A DNA stretch of 64,000 nt, taken from assembly GCA_017436345.1 (NCBI GenBank), contig JAFSDH010000004.1, positions 2,661 through 66,660 of the forward strand, written 5' to 3'. Source of the DNA: Bacilli bacterium (lineage in GTDB: Bacteria; Bacillota_I; Bacilli_A; RF39; UBA660). This document shows, piece after piece, positions 9,606 through 19,400 of this stretch (position 1 is its first letter; each line of letters starts with the position of its first letter). The notes beneath the pieces were generated by a model. That model worked only from the letters and a program-made list of their open reading frames with translations, had not been told where the DNA came from and did not search any database. A program made the position numbers and the translations under genes.

Positions 9606-10592
9606 GTGAAAAAGTGTACTATTATATATAATCCACATAGTGGAAAAAAAGTAAAATCAAATTTTTTAGCTGCATATGTTGATATGTTATTAGAAAATGA
9701 TTATGACCCTGAAGTTATTTTTTCTAAGTATAAGGGACATATCAAAAAAATTGTTGAAAAACTACCTAAATGTGATTTAGTAATTAGTATAGGTGGAGAT
9801 GGTACTTTTAATGAAGCTGTTACTGGTAATTTAAAAAGAAAAGAGCCATTATTACTATCTCATATACCTTTAGGGACTACAAATGATATAGGAGCAATGT
9901 TTGGTTATGGTAATGACATTGTTGAAAATTTGAAAGCACTTTTAAATGGAGTGGAAAAAAAGATCGATATATGTACAGTTAATAAAAAACCATTCGTATA
10001 TGTTTCAGGTTTTGGTAAGTTCATGACAATTCCTTTTGAAACGAGTCGTAGTTCTAAAAAGAACCTAGGTAAAATTGCTTATATAAAAGATGGTGTTAAA
10101 GAATTCTTTAGTCATACTAAATTACATGAATTAACCTACAGAGTTAATGGCGAAGAATTTAAAGGATTATTTTCGTTTATATTAATATCCAATGCTAATC
10201 ATATTGCGGGTATTAGTAACTTTTATAATAATGTATATCTAGATGATGGAAAGTTTGAAGTATTATTTTGTAATTTAACTAGAAGACAAGATATTATTAA
10301 AAGTCTATTATACTTAGCGGCAAGCGATATCACAAAAGTTCCTGGATTCTATTTTTATAAAACAGATAAACTAGAAATAGAATTTGAAAAAGAAACAGAT
10401 AAATGGTGTGTTGATGGTGAAGAACTTGAACAAAAAACAAAAGTTTATACTATCGAAATGGTAAAAGATTTCCGAATTATGTTACCAAAGAAAAATATAA
10501 AAACATTGTTTGTTGATGAAAATAAAAAATCTAATCCTAAAACTAAAACACAACCTTTAGTAGAAAGAGTTAAGAGTATTATAAAAAAATAA
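9606..10592 (+). CDS. diacylglycerol/lipid kinase family protein (DagK/YegS-like)
   Basis: GTG start. N-terminal IIYNPHSGK and the catalytic GGDGTFNEAV motif. Confidence 0.8.
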   Translation: MKKCTIIYNPHSGKKVKSNFLAAYVDMLLENDYDPEVIFSKYKGHIKKIVEKLPKCDLVISIGGDGTFNEAVTGNLKRKEPLLLSHIPLGTTNDIGAMFGYGNDIVENLKALLNGVEKKIDICTVNKKPFVYVSGFGKFMTIPFETSRSSKKNLGKIAYIKDGVKEFFSHTKLHELTYRVNGEEFKGLFSFILISNANHIAGISNFYNNVYLDDGKFEVLFCNLTRRQDIIKSLLYLAASDITKVPGFYFYKTDKLEIEFEKETDKWCVDGEELEQKTKVYTIEMVKDFRIMLPKKNIKTLFVDENKKSNPKTKTQPLVERVKSIIKK

Positions 10593-10604
10593 TACTCTTT
10601 TTTA
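10572..10604 (+). terminator. rho-independent terminator ending the lipid-kinase gene
   Basis: 9-bp stem AAGAGTATT (10572-10580) pairs with AATACTCTT (10591-10599), followed by a T-run. The stop codon lies in the loop/stem. Confidence 0.6.
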
Positions 10605-10633
10605 TTGAAAAAAAATATGAAAAAAATTATAAT
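10605..10633 (+). promoter_or_regulatory. sigma-A type promoter at the left edge of the Tad/T4SS locus
   Basis: TTGAAA (10605-10610), a 17-nt spacer, then TATAAT (10628-10633). It lies 30 nt upstream of the GGAGTGGAG RBS and the ATG at 10664. Confidence 0.6.
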
Positions 10634-10663
10634 TAATATAGTAGGTAGAATAGGAGTGGAGAT

Positions 10664-11374
10664 ATGAAGAAAAAAAGAATATGTCTATTGCTTATAATAT
10701 TATCAATCTTTTTATTTAAGATTGATGTAAATGCAGCAGGAACTTGTACGAAAGATGAAAAACAAAGTTTAGAGAAAATTGCATATGAAATAGATGTAAA
10801 TTATGAGGTCGTTTCAATTGAAAATATACACTCAGATGATTTTAATTATGCATATAATCTTGTTATAAATAATTTTTCAGAAGACTTTTATTTGCTAGTA
10901 GGGAATTATGAAAAAAGGTTAGATTATAATGTTAATGTAAATACATATGAAAATGTATTTATAGGGGGTGGCTATAACGGGAAAATAAAAGTATATAGTA
11001 GCTCGAATACATCTTGTCCAGATACTTTGATACGTTCGTTTGAGATATGGGTTCCCTATTATAATAAATATAGTGAGCGTGCAGAATGTGAAGAATATAA
11101 AGAATATGATATTTGTAAGGTTGCAACTGATACAACCGGTATTAGTGAAGAAGAATTTATAAAAAAAATAGATAAAATTAAAGAGAGTCAAGTAACTGTT
11201 GAGCCAATTGTTGAAGAAGAAAAAAAATGGTATGAAGATATTTATGATTTTTATACTGAGCATAAAGTTTTAATTTTATCTTCAGTAGTAATTATAATCA
11301 TATTAATAGCTACCATAACTATTGTTGTTAAAAAGAAACAAAAAAATAAAATTAAAGTAGATTTAGAGGTGTAA
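10664..11374 (+). CDS. cassette 1, gene A: secreted, C-terminally membrane-anchored 4-Cys protein (unknown family)
   Basis: Signal peptide ...FLFKIDVNA/AG. Ectodomain with SSNTSC and ECEEYKEYDIC patterns, an acidic linker, a C-terminal TM (VLILSSVVIIIILIATITIVV) and a KKKQK tail. Paralog of 15670..16404, which has INTEC and ECKGIEEFSLC. Confidence 0.6.
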   Translation: MKKKRICLLLIILSIFLFKIDVNAAGTCTKDEKQSLEKIAYEIDVNYEVVSIENIHSDDFNYAYNLVINNFSEDFYLLVGNYEKRLDYNVNVNTYENVFIGGGYNGKIKVYSSSNTSCPDTLIRSFEIWVPYYNKYSERAECEEYKEYDICKVATDTTGISEEEFIKKIDKIKESQVTVEPIVEEEKKWYEDIYDFYTEHKVLILSSVVIIIILIATITIVVKKKQKNKIKVDLEV

Positions 11375-11375
11375 T

Positions 11376-14300
11376 ATGAAAAAAAATAAGTTATTAATAT
11401 TAATAATTTGTCTAATAAGTTTTTTACCTTGTTTAACAAATGCTAGTGAGTGTAGTAGCACACCTAGTTATTCTGGGGTAGCAGAATCTGGATATGCAGC
11501 TGCTGGAGGGAAAACTAATTGTAATCCTCCTTGTTATACTAATAGATTCGCAGGATTGAGATTTAGAATTTATTCCTATAAAGATGGAAATTTAAAACCA
11601 CTTGGTAATGGTGTAGATATATGGAGTAAAAAAGCAACTGAAGTTATTACATCATCTGGAAGATATTCATCACCAAATACTGATTTTTTAAACAAAAGAA
11701 TAAATAATAGTTGCACTAATAACGGAAAATTTACAAAATGGAGTACTAGTTTTTCGTTAAACGCTAGTCAATATAAGCAAATGAAAGTATTTTATGATTC
11801 AGAACTAGGATCAGCAAATGCCAAATTAGGACAATACGATTTTGGTGGTTTTATATTAAAATATAATGATAAAGGTGAACCTAATGATGGTTGGTTATAC
11901 GACAATTTATATTCAAAAATAATGAATAGGTCAACCGCTAATGACGAGTTTATCAAAAACTTATGGGGGATAGAAGCGAATTCATTAGTTGCACAAGGTG
12001 AAGATATATATATAGGTGTAGAAATATTACAACGAGTTGATACTAGCTCATATGGTAATTCTAATTATGGAATTAGTACATATAAACTATATTATGGTAG
12101 TCCTTCAGATTTTGCTCCTATTTATGGTACAGCGGAAGCATATGTATCTTTATATAATAGTACAAGTAAAACACCTGTTGGTAAATTAGCAACAACAGGA
12201 AATTTAAAAGGGACATATAAAATTAAAATTAAAAATCCAATGAATACAAACGCTGGATGTTGGGGAAATAGTTGTAGTACATATAATCAATATGCTGGTA
12301 CTGTTTTTGGTTTTTTAGGTGGGAATACAGGATTGTATAATGCTACATACGCTGCAGCTTGTAATAATACTATTGGTATGGCAGTGTTTCATTTTGCTGA
12401 GTGTGAAAAATGTGTTAACAGCTGTGATAATGAATGTGGAAAATATTCAGATGGAACGACTGAGAGAAGAGCTTGTGCTATGAAATATTGTAAAGAGAAC
12501 CCTGTAAAAGGTGAGTCGTATGATTCTTGTATTGCAGCATGTTCTCCAGGTCCATCAAAAGATGAAGGATGTGATCCGAGTGAAAAATGCGATCCAAATA
12601 AATTAGTCACAAATTATAAAGGTGATAAAGTATGTGATGAAAAGGATGATATGAATCAAAAATGTGATGTAGACACAACTATAACAAGTAAAGTTTGTTA
12701 CGATGACAATACTAATATTTCAATACCAGGTGAAGTTATTAGTGATTCAACGGCTAAAGATTTGGAAATTATATATTATAGAATTAATTGTGATGAGAAA
12801 TTGAAGGTGTTTAATGGGTCAAATGGTACTAAGGTATTACAATTTGAAAACAGAGTAGCAGATTTACATATTGGTCTTTCTACAACTTTTGAAAAAAACT
12901 GTACTTTACAATTTAAAGAAAGATACATGGAGTCTGGAACATACAAGTATAAATGGGAAAATGCAAAAGGTAAAGATAAAGACACATCAGCATTAATAAT
13001 GGAAGATATAAAAACTTATGAAGATTATCGTGATAAAACTAAAGATGTAGATTTATACAATGAATATGATAAAATAATAAAAAAATTAAATAATACTTAT
13101 AATAGAGCATATAATCGATTGTCATATGTTACAGAATTAGACACAACAAAAGTAGATGCAACCACAAAAGTGGAAATAGTAAATGAAAGTTTAACTGACT
13201 CTAAAACAATAAACATAAAACTTAAACCAATTTTTTGTGAAATGGGTGATTCAAAAGTTGGATCTGCTTCTATGACTAATTTAAAATGTGTTTTAAAAGA
13301 AGATAAGATTTATTTGCAAGAAGATAACTCTGTTATTTGTGGTAATGACGGTGCCGCAGATATTAAAATAAATAATACCACAGGCGGAACTGGGAATTAT
13401 AAATATACGGTATATTATGGAACTGAATCTACTTGGAATTCTTCATATGGTGATCTTGATGACGTGTATGTAAGTGATGCTACAGAGAGTGGCAGAGAAA
13501 AATGTTTAACAGCAGTGGAAATATTTAATGGATATTGTACTGAGATAGAAGATGTATATAGGTTCAAGCCGTTTACTGCTGGAATTAATACATCAACAAC
13601 TATAACTAAAACAACTGGTAAATATGATATTTACATATCTGGTTATGGTTCTTGTGGACAAATAAAGTTTGGCTGTTGTGCTGACTATAAAATAGAAGAC
13701 GGTAATAAATGTAATAAATGTATGGATTATGATCCAACATCTCAAGAATATTTAGATTGTTATAAAGCATATTGTAGCTGTGATGTTATTTGTGGAGCTA
13801 ATGTTGCATGTCGTGCTAAATATTGTCCTTTAGAATGTGAAGGATGTGAAGTTGGATATACTGATATAACTTCAACTGATGACTCTTGTGACACGTGTGT
13901 TGAAAAATGTAATACTGATTTCTCACCAGCTGGTGGTGGTGGCACTAATAAAAATTTATCAAGTAATATTGTTTGTCGATATGATTGTTGCAATGCATCA
14001 TGTGATATAGGAAATGATACATGTCGTTTTGATTGTTGTATTACAAAGTGTAATAGTTTACAAGAAAAAAATTTACTTGAATATATGGGATATAAAACAA
14101 CAGCTTCTATGACAGCGTTAGAAGCATGTTATCAAGATTGTAGATGTCCTAATGGTAATTGCGGTAATGATTATTACTATAGAACTATAAATCAAGAAAA
14201 ACCATTCCCAGATAGAACTCCAGGAGCTAACTGGTATAATAAAGTAGAACATATTACTGAAAGTGAAAACGTTAATGGGAAATATTATGATCCAACAAAT

Positions 14301-14546
14301 GGGAAAAATTCAGGATATGAATATAAAATTTCTTTAAGCAGTGAAGATATTCAAAAAATTAAAAATGATAAAAAAATAAATACAACGTATACTCAAAAAA
14401 TGAGTTCAGAAGATAAAGCAAATTTGGATGATCGTGGTGTATATTGTAGTTATCTATTACATGATTATTTAAATAATGAATTAAACATTCGAATTGAAGA
14501 AGGTTCGGATGGAAAATATGGAAGTGGGTGTGCTAATATAGGATGA
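11376..14546 (+). CDS. cassette 1, gene B: 1056-aa secreted cysteine-rich protein (unknown family; putative surface/pilus-associated adhesin)
   Basis: Signal peptide MKKNKLLILIICLISFLPCLTNA/SE. About 55-60 Cys by manual count, clustered in CxxC-rich blocks (ECEKCVNSCDNEC...; NKCNKC...CSCDVIC...CEGCE...CRYDCCNASC...CRFDCCITKC). C-terminal motif YYYRTINQEKPFPDR. Starts 1 nt after the upstream stop. Paralog of 16388..19408. Confidence 0.65.
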   Translation: MKKNKLLILIICLISFLPCLTNASECSSTPSYSGVAESGYAAAGGKTNCNPPCYTNRFAGLRFRIYSYKDGNLKPLGNGVDIWSKKATEVITSSGRYSSPNTDFLNKRINNSCTNNGKFTKWSTSFSLNASQYKQMKVFYDSELGSANAKLGQYDFGGFILKYNDKGEPNDGWLYDNLYSKIMNRSTANDEFIKNLWGIEANSLVAQGEDIYIGVEILQRVDTSSYGNSNYGISTYKLYYGSPSDFAPIYGTAEAYVSLYNSTSKTPVGKLATTGNLKGTYKIKIKNPMNTNAGCWGNSCSTYNQYAGTVFGFLGGNTGLYNATYAAACNNTIGMAVFHFAECEKCVNSCDNECGKYSDGTTERRACAMKYCKENPVKGESYDSCIAACSPGPSKDEGCDPSEKCDPNKLVTNYKGDKVCDEKDDMNQKCDVDTTITSKVCYDDNTNISIPGEVISDSTAKDLEIIYYRINCDEKLKVFNGSNGTKVLQFENRVADLHIGLSTTFEKNCTLQFKERYMESGTYKYKWENAKGKDKDTSALIMEDIKTYEDYRDKTKDVDLYNEYDKIIKKLNNTYNRAYNRLSYVTELDTTKVDATTKVEIVNESLTDSKTINIKLKPIFCEMGDSKVGSASMTNLKCVLKEDKIYLQEDNSVICGNDGAADIKINNTTGGTGNYKYTVYYGTESTWNSSYGDLDDVYVSDATESGREKCLTAVEIFNGYCTEIEDVYRFKPFTAGINTSTTITKTTGKYDIYISGYGSCGQIKFGCCADYKIEDGNKCNKCMDYDPTSQEYLDCYKAYCSCDVICGANVACRAKYCPLECEGCEVGYTDITSTDDSCDTCVEKCNTDFSPAGGGGTNKNLSSNIVCRYDCCNASCDIGNDTCRFDCCITKCNSLQEKNLLEYMGYKTTASMTALEACYQDCRCPNGNCGNDYYYRTINQEKPFPDRTPGANWYNKVEHITESENVNGKYYDPTNGKNSGYEYKISLSSEDIQKIKNDKKINTTYTQKMSSEDKANLDDRGVYCSYLLHDYLNNELNIRIEEGSDGKYGSGCANIG

Positions 14547-15085
14547 ATTCGTCAATGTGGGGAGTATTGTTTTTAGCCTTAGGTATAACAGGAATTGTTT
14601 TAATTAATATTTTTGGAGAAATAACAATACAAAATGAACAAAACTATTATTCTTTAAAAGAAGTTACAAAAGCAGCAATGGAAGATGCTGTTGATGAATA
14701 TGCACTAGAAAACGGTATAGGATATGATGGGGTAACTCAAACTGCATACCCTGAATATATGCACTGTGAAGAAGGTGTACCTGGTACTGTAAGAATTATC
14801 AAAGAAAGATTTGTTGAATTATTTATTTTGAAATTTTCTGAAAGTGTAAATATAAATAATGATTATGAAATAGTCTTTAATGATATAGATGAGTGTCCAC
14901 CAAAAGTTACTGTTACGGTAACATCATCTCAAAACTTTAGTATGATACAAAGAGTATTTGGATTAGGTGGCTCAAGAGAAGTTGCTGATGCCGATATTGA
15001 AAATATTATTCATGGTGTTTTAGAAACAGAAAAAACGCAAGATGATGGTATTGCTGAAGATAGAGCAGAACGAGCAGGTGCATAA
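14543..15085 (+). CDS. cassette 1, gene C: small N-terminally anchored TadE/pseudopilin-like protein
   Basis: ATGA start/stop overlap with the upstream gene. Begins MNSSMWG followed by a hydrophobic helix (VLFLALGITGIVLINIFG), and has conserved MHC...IDECPPKVTVT. Roughly half its residues are identical to 19418..19918 by eye. Confidence 0.5.
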   Translation: MNSSMWGVLFLALGITGIVLINIFGEITIQNEQNYYSLKEVTKAAMEDAVDEYALENGIGYDGVTQTAYPEYMHCEEGVPGTVRIIKERFVELFILKFSESVNINNDYEIVFNDIDECPPKVTVTVTSSQNFSMIQRVFGLGGSREVADADIENIIHGVLETEKTQDDGIAEDRAERAGA

Positions 15086-15112
15086 AAAAAGAAGCGATTT
15101 AACGCTTCTTTT
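15086..15112. terminator. bidirectional rho-independent terminator between convergent genes
   Basis: Stem AGAAGCG (15090-15096) pairs with CGCTTCT (15103-15109). It is flanked by an A-run upstream and a T-run downstream, exactly between the stop codons at 15085 (+) and 15113 (-). Confidence 0.75.
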
Positions 15113-15556
15113 TTATTTTTCAATTAATCCATTTGCTTTTAATTTAGAAACTACAGTATCTGCATTTTGATTTCCTACAATTCTTTTTAAAGTACTTGTT
15201 TCGCGTCCATTTTTAAAGAATAAAACAACCGGTGTACCATCAATTCCGTAGTCATCCAAAAACTCACTTCGATCTTTTTCTGTCATATTTGTAATGTTTA
15301 TACTAAATGCTGTTAAATTATATTCGTTTAACACAGATTCAAGTGTAGGAGTAAAATTGCTACAATTTGAGCAACCGGTTTGAACAACTTCAAGAATAAA
15401 ATTATCTTTGTTTGAAAGTTTTTCATTAAAAACTTTATATTCAATTTCAGTTATTGGACTATTTTCGTTTTGATTAGCTTTATTATTTTGGTTACATCCA
15501 ACAATAAAACAAGCAAATATAAGAATTAAAGAAAAAATTTTAATTACTTTTTTCAT
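15113..15556 (-). CDS. thioredoxin-like thiol-disulfide oxidoreductase lipoprotein (CxxC = CSNC)
   Basis: Likely start is MKKVIKIFSLILIFACFIVGC (ATG at 15556-15554, GAGGTGG RBS), with lipobox IVG/C. Active-site-like GCSNCSNF and a cis-Pro strand DGTPVVLFFKNG are typical of the thioredoxin fold. The ORF-track start at 15583 is probably too far upstream. Confidence 0.75.
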   Translation of the reverse strand: MKKVIKIFSLILIFACFIVGCNQNNKANQNENSPITEIEYKVFNEKLSNKDNFILEVVQTGCSNCSNFTPTLESVLNEYNLTAFSINITNMTEKDRSEFLDDYGIDGTPVVLFFKNGRETSTLKRIVGNQNADTVVSKLKANGLIEK

Positions 15557-15669
15557 TATCCACCTCAAAAAATATACTAGCATAAATAAAAAAATAACAC
15601 AATAAAAGATTGTTTTTTACAATAAATTATCGTATACTATAGATAGTATAAAATAGAGGGTGTTGTCGA

Positions 15670-16404
15670 ATGTGTTTTAACAGTAAGAAAAATAAAATTG
15701 CTTTACTTTTAATCATTGTAACATTTTTATTTTTTAATAGAGTTGATGCCGCAAGTTGTACTAACACAATAAAGAGGGAACTTGTAAAAGAAGCGGAAAA
15801 AGTAGAGATTGTTCCTTATTTAAATGAGGAATATAATCCGATGCATGTATATAAATATAATGTTTATATAACAAATTTATCAGAAAATATATTTATTATA
15901 GACTCTATAGGAAATAGATACGAATATGATGAATTCCAAGATGAGAATTCAGTTTTTGGCATGTATGCACCAGGAAGTAAAATAACTTTTACGATTTATG
16001 CCTCTATAAATACTGAGTGTAATAATGCTAAATTAACTAGTTTAACTATAAATTTTGATTATTATAATGATTATTCAACACGTGAAGAATGTAAAGGAAT
16101 TGAAGAGTTTTCTTTGTGTAAAAGAAATTATAATGGAAAAATAGAATCTGATGAATGGTTTAAACAAAAGGTTGAAGAATATAAAAATGGAAATCATGAT
16201 GTTGAAATAGAAGAAGAATCAGAAGAAGAAACTAATAAAATAAAAGATATTATTTTTCATCCTATTACAATAACTATTTTTTCTCTTTTACTTATAGGAA
16301 TAATTGTATTAATTATATATAAATTAAGAAAGAATAAAGGAAAAGTTAAAATAAAATACAAAGATATAAAAGAACGAGGTGAAGAATATGAAGAAAATAA
16401 ATAA
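15670..16404 (+). CDS. cassette 2, gene A: secreted, C-terminally membrane-anchored 4-Cys protein (paralog of 10664..11374)
   Basis: Signal peptide ...FFNRVDA/AS. It has the same Cys spacing pattern as its paralog, an acidic EIEEESEEE linker, a C-terminal TM (ITITIFSLLLIGIIVLIIY) and a basic tail. Confidence 0.6.
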   Translation: MCFNSKKNKIALLLIIVTFLFFNRVDAASCTNTIKRELVKEAEKVEIVPYLNEEYNPMHVYKYNVYITNLSENIFIIDSIGNRYEYDEFQDENSVFGMYAPGSKITFTIYASINTECNNAKLTSLTINFDYYNDYSTREECKGIEEFSLCKRNYNGKIESDEWFKQKVEEYKNGNHDVEIEEESEEETNKIKDIIFHPITITIFSLLLIGIIVLIIYKLRKNKGKVKIKYKDIKERGEEYEENK

Positions 16405-19400
16405 AATATTTTTTGCCATAGCAATAGCTTTATTATCGAACCTAGCTCTAACGGTAGATGCGAAAGTTAACGTTACACCAGGTGGAGGAGGAACTCCACC
16501 AGCTAGTGGTTGTAGTGAATGTGCATGGGTATACTCAAGTGATGGACTAGGAGTAAGATTAAGCTTATATAAGTATGATGAAAAAAATCTAGTATTTAAA
16601 ACTTCAATAGATTTAGTAAATCAACCTTCTAATTATCCAGCAAAGGCAAATACTACAAAGGATAAATTTGGAAGATATAGTTATACTAAACTTAATAAGA
16701 CAATAGATTTTGCCTATTATACAGTTGGAGCGAAAGATATAAATAACTATGGATTTTCAACTATAAATGAAGATAGTGATTCTTGGTCAACAAAATTTGC
16801 TAAAGAAGTTCAAAACTATTTTGGAGAAACAGAAAGCGAAACGATTTCTGGTATTAAAAAAATGTTTGGAGTTACAGTTCCTGTTAATGAACTATCACAA
16901 TATTATATTGTTGCCGAACCAACAGCTTTCTTCTATAGCCGTGTAGGACAATTTTATACTTATGCAACTGGTTATGAATATATGGTTGTTTTAAATGATA
17001 TTGATAAATATACTGGAAATTACTCTTGGAATTTATGGGAATCTCAAGGAAGACATACATTCCTTGGATATATGTTTAATGGTATGTATAACAAAACTGA
17101 TTCAAGTATAGAAACAGAAATAAAAAAAGAATGGGGATTTACAGATGGAAGATATGATTTCTATAACTTCTTATCTCGTAGTAATAATAAATCATTAGTT
17201 AAAACTACATCTAGCTTAATAAGTGAAAAGTCTAAGATTAGAGATAACAATGCATATGCTAAGTCAAACTATCCTTATGGTGTTATGGTATTCTGGATTG
17301 GAAAAAATAGTACTGTAATTGGTGGATGTGAAAATGTATGTACTGACAAAAATGGAAATAAGTTAACAGGTGATGCATTACTTAAATGCGCTGAAAACTA
17401 TTGTTCAAGTTTAGATAATGTAAAAAATAAAGAAGATAAGGCTGATTGTATCACAAATAGTTGTAAATATACTTTTACAAGATTAACTTGTGATAATACA
17501 ACAAGTAAAAATGGTAATGATACAGTATGTACAGCAAGTACAAATTCCAATAAAAAAACTTGTGAAATTAAAAATACACAAAATTATTCATATAAAGTAG
17601 AATGTCAAAATTTTTCAACAGTTGAGTTCCCTGAAACTTTACCAAGTACTTTTGTTGCTGGTCAAGGTTTTGAGTATCGTGTAAGACTATATGGAAACAA
17701 AACATGTACTGTTAAATTGGATGAAGCTTTATGGAAATATAATTATGCATCAAGTTATACAGATACTGAAAGACAAACCTATATTAATGCGTTAAATAGT
17801 TATAATAGCTTAAACTTTTCAGATTATTATTTTGATTCATCAACTGCTAATATAAATGTTAATATTGATAAGAGTAAAGATGGAAAAAAATCAACTGATA
17901 AAGTTCAGTTAAAAGCAGAAGAAAGATATGAACATGGTGATAAAAAAGTAACAACGACATATACAAATCAAAACATTGTTAGTTATCATAAAAATAGCAA
18001 TGTTACAAAATCAGTAAAATTATATACAACCGAGTCAAGTAATGGTACTTACTATGAACTTCCAGGTGTTTGTATATCTGAAAAAGATAATGAAACCCCT
18101 AAAGAAGGATCTGTATGTGAAAAAGGTTTAGGTCCATATAATAAATATTACACTAATATCTATGCAGACGAAGGTAATAACAATATTGAAACGACAGTTA
18201 CATATAATCCAGCGGGACTAGATAATGTTGTAAATAAGTGTGATTATACAATAACTGATGAACCTTTAAGTTGTTATATTGATGTTCAAACAGCATCTAA
18301 TCAAAAAGGTGAAACATTAAAAAATAACGAAGATATTAATTTTATATTAACTGTTATAACTCAAGACAGAACTAGATCAATAAGAAAGAATATTGGTACA
18401 ACACCATTAACAATGGATGATCAATTTAATAATAAAAATGTTTATACTATTTTGAAAAACACAATAACAACAAATAAAGATATAACAGTATATGGAACTG
18501 TTACAGATGGTGAACATATAGCCATTTGTGAAAAAAGAGTCAATATAAATCCACAACAATGCGAATGGACAGTGACTGAAAATAATAATGAAGTAACAGT
18601 TTCATTAAAGCAAATAAAAAATACAAATGCTAAATATTATATTAGAACATCTACAAGTAATACTTGGATGGAAACAAGAACAAGAACTTTCAATAAAACT
18701 AATAAATTAGAAATTGAAGGAAAAATAGTTTCAGGAAGCGATACATATACATGTTATTATTCCGCTAATTTATCTGGTCAAACATGTACAGAATTATATG
18801 AACCAGCACAGTACGATAAAATAAAAAATTATTGTGATACATCATGGCAAAATGATACAGCAAATTATAGTAGTGCAAATGATTGTTTTACTGGATGTAC
18901 TGGAACAAATAAATGTAAAATTCTACATGCATGTACAGAAGTAGAAAAAATAAGAAATTATTGTAAAACTAATTTTGCGGATGATGGATATGAAAATGTT
19001 GGAAGTTGTATAAATGATTGTTCATGTGGTGGGGGACTAGACTATTACTATAGAACAATATCAGTTGATGATCCATTCCCAAAACGTGATGCTCATTACA
19101 ATTGGTTAGGATATGAAGAATATATAACTAATGATAAAGATGATTTAACATCATCGTATACTGATAGTCCTGAATATGAAATAGTTCTTGATAAAAATCG
19201 TATTGATGCTATCAAATCAGATACAAAAAGATATAATTCCAAAACTGGTAATGATGCTTATGGTGATTATATTAGATATGACAAAGAAGATGAAGAAACA
19301 AGCGATTTTAATGAACCATATAAAAGTAAATTTATTCATTTCGATGATACTGAAAATGGTGGATTTAAATCATATTTCACTTATATCGAAGGTGTAAAAA

